This document shows positions 1 through 7,299 of a stretch of 18,838 bases of DNA, piece after piece (the stretch's first letter is position 1; every line of letters begins with the position of its first letter). This stretch comes from Enterococcus phage vB_EfaP_IME199, in sequence record KT945995.1. One strand, 5' to 3'. A program made the position numbers and the translations under genes. The notes beneath the pieces are model-generated. The model was not told where the DNA came from, did no database searches, and saw only the letters and a program-made list of their open reading frames with translations.

Positions 1-68
1 AAATAGAGGTGAACCACCCGTCAACCACAACCCCCACCAAGGGTAACGAGATTTATAATTAAAATATA
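1..68. repeat. Left inverted terminal repeat (imperfect, about 68 bp) of a linear protein-primed genome
   Basis: Bases 1-68 match the reverse complement of 18771-18838 with about 7 mismatches. The first 21 nt are identical. The genome starts with a reiterated AAA, as expected for sliding-back initiation. Confidence 0.8.
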
Positions 69-102
69 ACTAAAATATCACATATTTCCAATGAATATAA
101 AC

Positions 103-132
103 TTGCACAATTTTATAATTATATGTTATACT
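103..132 (+). promoter_or_regulatory. Sigma-A-like promoter with extended -10 (TTGCAC, 18-nt spacer, TGT-TATACT)
   Basis: The -35-like TTGCAC is at 103-108. The extended -10 tgtTATACT is at 124-132. The -10 neighbourhood ATATGTTATA(C/A)T is shared with the two minus-strand early promoters. Confidence 0.45.
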
Positions 133-138
133 TATCTT

Positions 139-222
139 AGTAAGAGAGGCATTACACATAAAACCACTCATCGTTAGTGACTACCTAAAACTTGATTAGT
201 TTCTCTTACTTTTATATTTTTT
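139..222 (+). ncRNA. Candidate small structured RNA: closing helix around a three-way junction, followed by a U-tract
   Basis: Helix 139-149/200-210 (agtaagagagg / actcttactt) is 9 Watson-Crick pairs plus 2 G-U pairs. It encloses two hairpins, cact/agtg at 165-179 and ctaa/ttag at 185-199. The helix is followed by ttttatatttttt at 211-223 and lies just downstream of the 103-132 promoter. There is no ORF and no RBS in this region. Confidence 0.25.
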
Positions 223-238
223 AAGAATCAATGCCCTT

Positions 239-253
239 GACACTTTAAGTGTC
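239..253. promoter_or_regulatory. 15-bp dyad GACACtttaaGTGTC overlapping a TTGACA hexamer, upstream of the plus-strand structural operon
   Basis: A 5-bp inverted repeat is separated by 5 nt. TTGACA sits at 237-242, but no -10 hexamer follows at 16-19 bp spacing. Confidence 0.35.
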
Positions 254-320
254 CTGTCCTGAGCAATATCGCTGATGGCGTTGACGGTAAAAGGCTCAAT
301 TATTTTTAAGGAGGGATAAA

Positions 321-647
321 ATGGCAGATGAAGAAACAAACAAACTTGTGGATGAAGTTGAAGCTGAGGAAGTTAAAGAAGAAAAACCAAATGAAGAAGT
401 AACTGTTGATCCTGAACCTGTCTCAGATGAGGTTGCAAATCCACCATCAGAAGATGTTTCAGAAGTTCAATCGATTGACGAACTCTTTGCTTTAGTTAAA
501 CAACTACAAGCTCAAGTTGACGCTTTATCATCAATCAACACACAAGAAGAACCACAAGAACAGCCACAAGAACCACAAGAACCACAAGAACCACAAGAAC
601 CACAACAAGAAGACCCTGAAGAAATTGAAAAACTATTAGACTTATAA
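321..647 (+). CDS. Acidic, probably helical or disordered protein with a (PQE)n repeat; putative scaffolding or inner-core protein
   Basis: RBS aaggaggg is followed by ataaa and then ATG. It is the first gene of the structural arm and lies immediately before the capsid gene. The 108-aa product is very acidic. This position and size resemble phi29 gp7. Confidence 0.5.
   Translation: MADEETNKLVDEVEAEEVKEEKPNEEVTVDPEPVSDEVANPPSEDVSEVQSIDELFALVKQLQAQVDALSSINTQEEPQEQPQEPQEPQEPQEPQQEDPEEIEKLLDL
551..608 (+). repeat. Tandem 9-bp repeat (ccacaagaa, about 6.5 copies) inside the CDS, encoding PQEPQEPQEPQEPQ
   Basis: The direct repeat is visible in the sequence at 549-608. Confidence 0.85.
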
Positions 648-662
648 AAGGAGAGAAAACAA

Positions 663-827
663 ATGAATGAATTAGAACAAGAACATGAGTTGAAGTCTTT
701 TACTAAAGGTTCTCACTCAGATATTTATTTTGACAAAACACCACAATTAACGCCAGAAATGAGTATCGATCCATCAAGCGCTGACGAATACGAAAGCGAA
801 ATTAAAACATTAGGAGGACGAGGATAA
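663..827 (+). CDS. Small hypothetical protein (54 aa). It is not in the ORF track
   Basis: RBS aaaggagag is followed by aaacaa and then ATG at 663. The ORF reads MNELEQEHELKSFTKGSHSDIYFDKTPQLTPEMSIDPSSADEYESEIKTLGGRG and stops at 825-827, one base before the capsid ATG. It fills the gap between the scaffold and capsid genes exactly. Confidence 0.5.
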   Translation: MNELEQEHELKSFTKGSHSDIYFDKTPQLTPEMSIDPSSADEYESEIKTLGGRG

Positions 828-828
828 C

Positions 829-1998
829 ATGGGAGTATTAGGAACAAACATTGCAGAAGCTTTACAAGATTTTAACCACACACAAGGACGTAGCTGGACA
901 TTAGGAACTAACTGGACAAACGTTGACACAGAATTTGAAACGTTTATTAATAAGTTTTTATTCCCTAAACTAAATGAAACAGCTTTAATTCAATCAGCAC
1001 TAGGGAATACTTTTGAATGGTTAGCCAAAGAAGTTGACTTCGTAGGGCAATACTCAGAAGAGTATGTTATACGTGATACAATTCCAACAACGATGAATTT
1101 ATCAAAAGACGCTACTTTAATGCTACAACGTAACTATCCAAAAATGATTACTAAGCTTTATGGCCCGGGAGTTCTACGTAAAATGAAATTTACTTTGAAC
1201 AATAACGACCAACGTATGAACTTTTCTAAGTTATCAGACGGTGTTAAATACGCAATTGGTGTTTACAAAAAACGTATTTCAGATATTAACGTTGACGAAG
1301 AACGTCAAATCCGCGCAATGTTAGTTGATTATGCTGAGACGGTTACACCAGAAAAAGCACGACGCACAGCAACTTCAAAAGAAGATTTGTTTAACAAAAT
1401 TTCTACAGCTTTAATGAATCTACAAAACAACTCAGATAAATACAATGAAGCTCGCTTGGCTTCTGGCGGCGCAGTCGCTCGCTATACAACTGTTTCTAAG
1501 TTATCTAAACTAGCGATTTTAACGACTGACGAAATGAAATCTTACCTATTGAACACAAAACTAGCGAACACTTTCGCTTCTGAAGGTATTGACTTCTCCA
1601 AACGAATTATTTCATTTGAAGACTTAGGTGGTGCATATCGAGCAACAGCAGATATTACCTTATCAGCTGAAGCTGTTACAGCTTTTCGTGAGTTAGGCGA
1701 TTACCAAACAACAACCACTGACATCATTCCTAAAGGGTCTGTCGTTACCTTTGATGTAAACGAATTTCTACCAGTTGCGGACGCTGCTAAATTTGAAGAG
1801 ATCAAACCATCATCCGAACTATGGGCTTATGTGTTTGACTTAGACGCTATTAAGTATAATCGTTATACAAAAGGAATGCTAAAAGAACCTTTCTATAACC
1901 CAGAATTTGACGAAGTAACTCACTGGATTCACTATTATTCATTTAAAGCTATTTCACCTTTCTACAATAAGATTTTAATTACAGGTGCAGCAGAATAA
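829..1998 (+). CDS. Major capsid (head) protein
   Basis: It is 389 aa with a strong RBS. It lies immediately after the scaffold-like gene and before the portal. Size and position match the major head proteins of phi29, Cp-1 and P68-like phages. No motif-level proof is possible by eye. Confidence 0.6.
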   Translation: MGVLGTNIAEALQDFNHTQGRSWTLGTNWTNVDTEFETFINKFLFPKLNETALIQSALGNTFEWLAKEVDFVGQYSEEYVIRDTIPTTMNLSKDATLMLQRNYPKMITKLYGPGVLRKMKFTLNNNDQRMNFSKLSDGVKYAIGVYKKRISDINVDEERQIRAMLVDYAETVTPEKARRTATSKEDLFNKISTALMNLQNNSDKYNEARLASGGAVARYTTVSKLSKLAILTTDEMKSYLLNTKLANTFASEGIDFSKRIISFEDLGGAYRATADITLSAEAVTAFRELGDYQTTTTDIIPKGSVVTFDVNEFLPVADAAKFEEIKPSSELWAYVFDLDAIKYNRYTKGMLKEPFYNPEFDEVTHWIHYYSFKAISPFYNKILITGAAE

Positions 1999-2016
1999 AC
2001 TACAGGAGGTATCTAA

Positions 2017-3042
2017 ATGTTCGAGCCTATGAATTTAGGCATAGAACAAGAACTAAGCGAAAAAATAGATGTGCGGGTTGTAAATCATAGAAATAGATTT
2101 GCCCGCATTTTCTATTCTCGTTATCTTGAACTATTGCCAACAACAATTAAATATTATAACGGTTATAAATACCCAGAACTGCAAGTTGACTGGCTAAAAG
2201 TGGAAGTTATGCTTAGAAGTAATTACGATGTTATTATAGGTGAAACACTTCAAGGTAATATTCGTATATTAGGCGTCGCCAAACAAAGAATGACCCCATC
2301 TGACCCAGCAAACATTTTAATCACAAAACCATTAAAAGGGAAGGATATTTATTGGACAATTCCTAAAGACCAACGGTTACCACGAATGAAAGAAATTACG
2401 GATATTGACGGTGCACAATCAGGTAACTTCATTGTTCTTAGAAATAAAGTTTTTGCTTATAATAGTGATTACGAAATTATTCAACACTATACAAACGAAT
2501 TAGCTGAAATTGTTCTTTCACGTTACTCTTTAAAAATGCAAGCTAAAATCAGTACATTCTTAATAGGAGAACCAAATGACCAAACAGTAAATAATATTGC
2601 AGAAAGTCTTTACAACGGTTCACCTATTACTAAAGTTACAGGATTCTTTGACCCTGACGAACACATTAAAGAGTGGAACAACTCAAATGTCGGTGGGATG
2701 TTAGCAGAGTTAAAAAGAGAGTATCAAAACACGTTGAACGAGTTAAATGCTATTTTAGGATTTAGTTCTTTAGGCGTTGATAAAGAAAGTGGAGTAACTG
2801 AAACAGAAAGCAATTCTGGTAAAGCTTATACAACAGCTAATGGTAATATCTATTTAACAGCTAGAAATAACGCTTGTAAACTATTAAATAAACGTTATGG
2901 TTTTGAAATTCATCCATTATTTGATGATAATGCTATTTCGACATTAACTGTAATGACTGAAGGAGGGTCAAGTGATGGGGGCAACGACAGTCTCATTAAT
3001 GCAAATATTGCGAGCCAACTTAATAAAGAAGGGGAAGAATGA
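2017..3042 (+). CDS. Portal / upper collar (connector) protein
   Basis: RBS is acaggagg. The 341-aa product has an N-terminal region, RIFYSRYLELLPTTIKYYNGYKYPEL, that resembles the phi29 gp10 connector helix pattern. It sits next to the capsid gene. Confidence 0.6.
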   Translation: MFEPMNLGIEQELSEKIDVRVVNHRNRFARIFYSRYLELLPTTIKYYNGYKYPELQVDWLKVEVMLRSNYDVIIGETLQGNIRILGVAKQRMTPSDPANILITKPLKGKDIYWTIPKDQRLPRMKEITDIDGAQSGNFIVLRNKVFAYNSDYEIIQHYTNELAEIVLSRYSLKMQAKISTFLIGEPNDQTVNNIAESLYNGSPITKVTGFFDPDEHIKEWNNSNVGGMLAELKREYQNTLNELNAILGFSSLGVDKESGVTETESNSGKAYTTANGNIYLTARNNACKLLNKRYGFEIHPLFDDNAISTLTVMTEGGSSDGGNDSLINANIASQLNKEGEE

Positions 3043-3652
3043 GTTTTTTAACGAAAACAAATATACCGGAAACAGCAAACAGCACCGTTTCATTCAAAAA
3101 GCTTTAAGATTTGATGAAGATGTAGAACAAATAATAACTGAGGAAGTCTTTGCTGATTATCATTTCCCAACTAAAGAAGTGGATCATTTTTTCAAAAAAG
3201 CTTTTACAAACCGTTTCTTAAATAGAGAGATAGGTAGGCAAACAATTGAAGATTTTTCTTCTCAAGTGGTGTTTTGCTCTATCATTCACGAACAGGAAAT
3301 TGAAGCTATTTACCATAATTTTTTAAGTGCTTTATCTAATGAAAATAAATCTAAAGGAATAAGCGAACACGTAAGCGAACACCAATCAACTAGCGAAGGA
3401 AGTGACCGTTCAGCAAACACTACTTTACCTCAAGATCAAGTGAATTTGAATTTAGATAAGCATGATATGGCTTTTGCTGATGATAACTCTATAAGCAAAA
3501 ACAACAATCAATCGAATAGTAATGGAAAAGATACAACGAATACAGAGAACTCAGCAACCAACTACAACGCTGACACTTTCAAAAAAATGCAAGGTTTATG
3601 GAATAGCTACTTTGATGAATACGACAGAAAATGTTTCTTACAAACATGGTAA
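2972..3652 (+). CDS. Virion structural protein with a polar low-complexity C-terminal tail; possibly lower collar or inner core
   Basis: Strong RBS gaaggaggg is followed by tcaagtg and then ATG at 2972. The start overlaps the portal gene by 71 nt in the +1 frame. The C-terminus is rich in Asn, Ser and Thr. Confidence 0.7.
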   Translation: MMGATTVSLMQILRANLIKKGKNEFFNENKYTGNSKQHRFIQKALRFDEDVEQIITEEVFADYHFPTKEVDHFFKKAFTNRFLNREIGRQTIEDFSSQVVFCSIIHEQEIEAIYHNFLSALSNENKSKGISEHVSEHQSTSEGSDRSANTTLPQDQVNLNLDKHDMAFADDNSISKNNNQSNSNGKDTTNTENSATNYNADTFKKMQGLWNSYFDEYDRKCFLQTW

Positions 3653-3666
3653 AGGAGAATAAAAAT

Positions 3667-5091
3667 ATGTATTTAAATCGGTTTGGTAACCCCAACTACA
3701 ATATTAAACAAGATTTTACAACAAATGCTGAAAGCTACTTAGAGTATTTAGGTGCTTTAAATGAACAGTTAGATTCAGCAATGAAGTTGATTGCGCGATT
3801 AATCAACAGAGACGTGGAGGTGGAAGATACTAATACGGTAGATTTAACTAAGATAGGTGATTTCATTGATAACATTGACCCTAGCTTAGAGTTAGAGGAA
3901 GTCATTAAAATTAAAGCTGATGTGATTATTTCAGCAGCTACAGAGGACGGACAGTTAAATAGTTTGTTACCAAAACCTTTAGTTATGGAACTTCAAAATG
4001 CTGTAAAAGCTAAAGAAGACGGGCTGTTTGTAAAAGACCTTTATGCTTTAATCTATAAATTAGACGAACATGTTAACACATTAATTAATCGAGTAGATGA
4101 GATAAATGTTGATGGTTCTACTGTTATGATTGGCGGATTTGACCAATATGACAAAACTTTAACTCTACAAACAAATCAACAACAAGTAAAGGCTGGACTA
4201 GTAAAAAATGACCCTAATATTACTAACTTAACCTTGGTAACAGATATTCACTTACGGACAGATTATAACGGTTTTAGTTCAAAACAGTATTTTAACTCCA
4301 TTTCAAACATTCAAGATGTTGCTAGGGAAACAGATACAGTTGTTTACATGGGCGATAATATTGACGGTTTAAGTGCTCAAATAACTGACAAATCAGGGAT
4401 GATTGATCCGGCTAAAATTAAATATGCCAATGAAATGGCTTATCGTAAAGTTATGAACGCTTTGGTTTTGAATGAGCCAGTTGATACGATTGCTATGATA
4501 GGTAATCACGATGTGGGTGGAATGCCTTACATGTGGGAACCAGAACATGCGGGAATGATGATCCCTGACAAAACTCTAGCAGACATCGCGGGGAATGCTC
4601 CTTATGGCGTTCACAAAATCCCTAATAAACAAATAGCGATTGTCTACTTAAATACAACTGAAATCACTTGGGAAGAATCAAACACATTTACTAGCGGTGT
4701 ATCTACTCTTCAATTAAGTTGGTTAAGAACACAGTTAAACCTTCTAGAAGAAAATTATCATGTGCTAGTTTTGGGTCATCATAACTTACATGGGGTAAAC
4801 ATGAAGAACGGACAAGAATTAATTGATATTCTAGCAGAATTCGAAGCAAAATCTACCTCTAAGTTTGTTGGTTACTTCCATGGACATCAACACATGGACA
4901 AAGTTTATAACAAGGGTGAATTAGTCGCTTTTAATTCCATCAGTTTATGTCAAGCTTTTCCCGGAAGTGTATCACAAGCAAACACAAATAATCAAGTGGG
5001 ATTCTATGTTGTTACTGTAGATATTTCCAAACGTCAAGCAACTTTAAAACCTATTGGACATGCTACACTAACGAACATCATTTCATACTAG
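3667..5091 (+). CDS. Structural-module protein with a C-terminal calcineurin-like metallophosphoesterase domain
   Basis: The start is taken at ATG 3667 (RBS aaaggagaa, then taaaaat, then ATG) in preference to 3631. The phosphoesterase motifs appear in order: DIH (TDIHL), GDxxD (YMGDNIDG), GNHD (IGNHDVGG), GHH (VLGHHNLHG) and GHxH (FHGHQHMD). About 190 aa at the N-terminus have no obvious motif. Confidence 0.8.
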   Translation: MYLNRFGNPNYNIKQDFTTNAESYLEYLGALNEQLDSAMKLIARLINRDVEVEDTNTVDLTKIGDFIDNIDPSLELEEVIKIKADVIISAATEDGQLNSLLPKPLVMELQNAVKAKEDGLFVKDLYALIYKLDEHVNTLINRVDEINVDGSTVMIGGFDQYDKTLTLQTNQQQVKAGLVKNDPNITNLTLVTDIHLRTDYNGFSSKQYFNSISNIQDVARETDTVVYMGDNIDGLSAQITDKSGMIDPAKIKYANEMAYRKVMNALVLNEPVDTIAMIGNHDVGGMPYMWEPEHAGMMIPDKTLADIAGNAPYGVHKIPNKQIAIVYLNTTEITWEESNTFTSGVSTLQLSWLRTQLNLLEENYHVLVLGHHNLHGVNMKNGQELIDILAEFEAKSTSKFVGYFHGHQHMDKVYNKGELVAFNSISLCQAFPGSVSQANTNNQVGFYVVTVDISKRQATLKPIGHATLTNIISY

Positions 5092-5101
5092 GAGGAAAAA
5101 C

Positions 5102-5896
5102 ATGAATACAAAAGAAGAAATTCTAAAATTAAAAGAAGCTGTTAATAAATTAGCCAAGGAGTTCGGTATGCACAGTGACGGTGATGGGGTCAATCCACAC
5201 CAATTAGCTACAGAAATTTCAAATGGTTTAATGTCAGCTGACACTTACAGACAAGCAAGAGGATACGCTCATAAGGATAATTATTTAAATGAGAAATATG
5301 ATTTTTGGAGAATCCCCCCGGGAATTTACGCTACTGTTTACGCTTGGGCTGATTTAATTCCTACACCTGACGACGCTGTTCCCGGTGATTTAATCACTTT
5401 AAAAGTATTCGGTGAAGATAATCGCCGAAAAACGTATATCATGATTATCCAAAAAACAGGTTCTATTTACTACCTAAACACTTCTCAAAACCAAGGAGAA
5501 GGAGGTGGGAACACAAACTCCCTATTCTGGAAACGAATCCCACAAGAAACAATCCTTTGGAATGCTGGAACATCAGACGCTACCGTAGGTCAAAACATGA
5601 ACTTAGCTGTATCAACTAGACGTTTCAGACGTTTGAGATTTCATTTTCATGGTTTAGGTGGTTCTCAATTCTGTGTCGATGTTCCTTCAGCTGATAACCC
5701 TATTGTTTCATTTTCAACAACAGCTAGTTCAGCTAATGAAGCTTATATTATCCGAATGAACTTAGTAAACCAAAGAGACAACGTTGTTTTACGTTATGAT
5801 AAATTACGTGTCACAACCTTGAGACCTGACGGAACGATTACAATTGATGATAACGATAGAGGTTTTACTATTTTCGCTATTGAAGGAGTGTATTAA
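5102..5896 (+). CDS. Hypothetical virion protein (beta-rich); possibly tail fibre or appendage component
   Basis: RBS is aggagg followed by aaaaac and then ATG. The gene lies inside the tail-gene block. Confidence 0.7.
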   Translation: MNTKEEILKLKEAVNKLAKEFGMHSDGDGVNPHQLATEISNGLMSADTYRQARGYAHKDNYLNEKYDFWRIPPGIYATVYAWADLIPTPDDAVPGDLITLKVFGEDNRRKTYIMIIQKTGSIYYLNTSQNQGEGGGNTNSLFWKRIPQETILWNAGTSDATVGQNMNLAVSTRRFRRLRFHFHGLGGSQFCVDVPSADNPIVSFSTTASSANEAYIIRMNLVNQRDNVVLRYDKLRVTTLRPDGTITIDDNDRGFTIFAIEGVY

Positions 5897-7288
5897 ATGG
5901 AAGATTTTGTACGAAAAACAAGAGGGGTTAGAGACATCATGTCTCTACCTCTTGATACTAGTCATGAATTAGATATTGTGTCAGATGTAAAAGGAAAAAT
6001 CTATATCAAGATTTTAAACCGTTACAAGGAACTACTTTTTGATAACGGGACAGAACAATGGGTTATTGATATGTTAAATAACTTAGAAGTTTACGTGGAA
6101 CAATTAAAAGAGGATGTCCTTGATTTAGAACAAGCGTTAACAGAACTACCAATTATAGAGGATAAATTGGAAGCTGTAGAAACAAAGCTAGCTCAAATCA
6201 ATACTTTATTCGCTCAAATGCAGATTGATGTTCAAGGGTTAGACCTTAGAACAGCTGAATTAGAAAGAGAAGTTATTCAATTAGCTCTTAAAGATCAAGA
6301 GTTATTAGATAAAATTAATAACTTAAACCTAAGAAAAATATCAATCCTTTATTCTAATAGCGTCGATTTTGGGGATGACCCTAAAATTCATAATTTACTC
6401 GATTCACCCTATTATTTGAGTAAATTGCCTTTAGGTGAGAATATTCTTAAACCAGTTTCTTTTCCAATTAATACTACAGAATATATGGCAGCTAGTTTTA
6501 TTCCTAATGAACCATTCGTACAGGGGCAAAAGTATACTTTTACAATGAAGGCGATAAAACCAGCTACTCAAACGTTTGGTATTTATTTACGTGCCGGATC
6601 GTTAAGCGCTGGGAACATGACCCCGGTAGAAGGATTGACTGATGTTTGGCAACTCACATTTGAAATAACACAAGCACATATTGATGGCGGTGCTAATGCA
6701 TTGAATGTATTTCAAGCACCACAATCAACAAAAGGAACAGTAAATATTGAATGGGCAAAACTAGAAAAAGGTGACACACGAACTCCGAATATTCCCTACC
6801 ACAAGTATGTGGGTATCAACCTAAAAGAGTCAGAAAACCCTAAGGATTACGAATGGATCCCTCTAGCAAGTGCCGCGGAAACAGTAGATGCTAGATTATC
6901 AAAAATCATTTCAACATATGACACCGTTAACTCTCTACAAAATAACCGTTTAACAGCTTTAGAAAGTAAGGTGGTAGATACGACTTGGCAAAATGTATCA
7001 GTTACAGCACCTTTTACAAGTGTGACACAACCACAAGTTAAAAAACAAAATGGCATTGTTTATATGAGAGGTACAATAAGTAACGGAACAGGAGATTGCT
7101 TTAACTTACCTGAAGGTTTTAGACCTCCTGCAGGCTCTTACGAGATGCAATTCAGACTACCTTGCCGTTCCGCTTCAGCGGCAGACTATGCGACGATGTA
7201 CGTTAGACCAAGTGGTTTATGTTCAATAGCTGGGGTAAACGGAACAATGCCTATTTTCTTATCTGGCATCATCTTTAGTACAACTTAA
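5897..7288 (+). CDS. Tail fibre or appendage-like protein with an N-terminal coiled coil
   Basis: RBS is gaaggag. A heptad-like segment, LEQALTELPIIEDKLEAVETKLAQINTLFAQMQIDVQGLDLRTAELEREVIQLALKDQELL, is followed by beta-rich sequence. This is typical of receptor-binding fibres. Confidence 0.55.
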   Translation: MEDFVRKTRGVRDIMSLPLDTSHELDIVSDVKGKIYIKILNRYKELLFDNGTEQWVIDMLNNLEVYVEQLKEDVLDLEQALTELPIIEDKLEAVETKLAQINTLFAQMQIDVQGLDLRTAELEREVIQLALKDQELLDKINNLNLRKISILYSNSVDFGDDPKIHNLLDSPYYLSKLPLGENILKPVSFPINTTEYMAASFIPNEPFVQGQKYTFTMKAIKPATQTFGIYLRAGSLSAGNMTPVEGLTDVWQLTFEITQAHIDGGANALNVFQAPQSTKGTVNIEWAKLEKGDTRTPNIPYHKYVGINLKESENPKDYEWIPLASAAETVDARLSKIISTYDTVNSLQNNRLTALESKVVDTTWQNVSVTAPFTSVTQPQVKKQNGIVYMRGTISNGTGDCFNLPEGFRPPAGSYEMQFRLPCRSASAADYATMYVRPSGLCSIAGVNGTMPIFLSGIIFSTT

Positions 7289-7299
7289 GGAGGAAAATC

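Noticed and set aside
237-264. TTGACA at 237-242 as the late promoter -35
   Set aside because: No acceptable -10 hexamer occurs 16-19 bp downstream. It is retained only as part of the dyad element.
551-608. 9-bp tandem repeats as a CRISPR-like or satellite array
   Set aside because: The units are directly adjacent with no spacers, sit in frame inside a CDS, and encode a PQE repeat. This is not a CRISPR array. No CRISPR arrays, tRNAs or rRNAs were seen anywhere in the window.
3039-3041. ATGA-coupled start at the portal stop codon
   Set aside because: It is in a different frame from the 226-aa ORF and terminates after 22 codons.
3631-3666. Upstream ATG start (3631) for the phosphoesterase protein
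   Set aside because: There is no RBS before 3631 and it would overlap the previous gene. ATG 3667 has aaaggagaa at ideal spacing.
6847-7056. 69-aa ORF on the minus strand
   Set aside because: It is antisense inside the 463-aa tail-fibre gene and has no RBS. Its composition is Cys-rich and odd. It is most likely a chance ORF.
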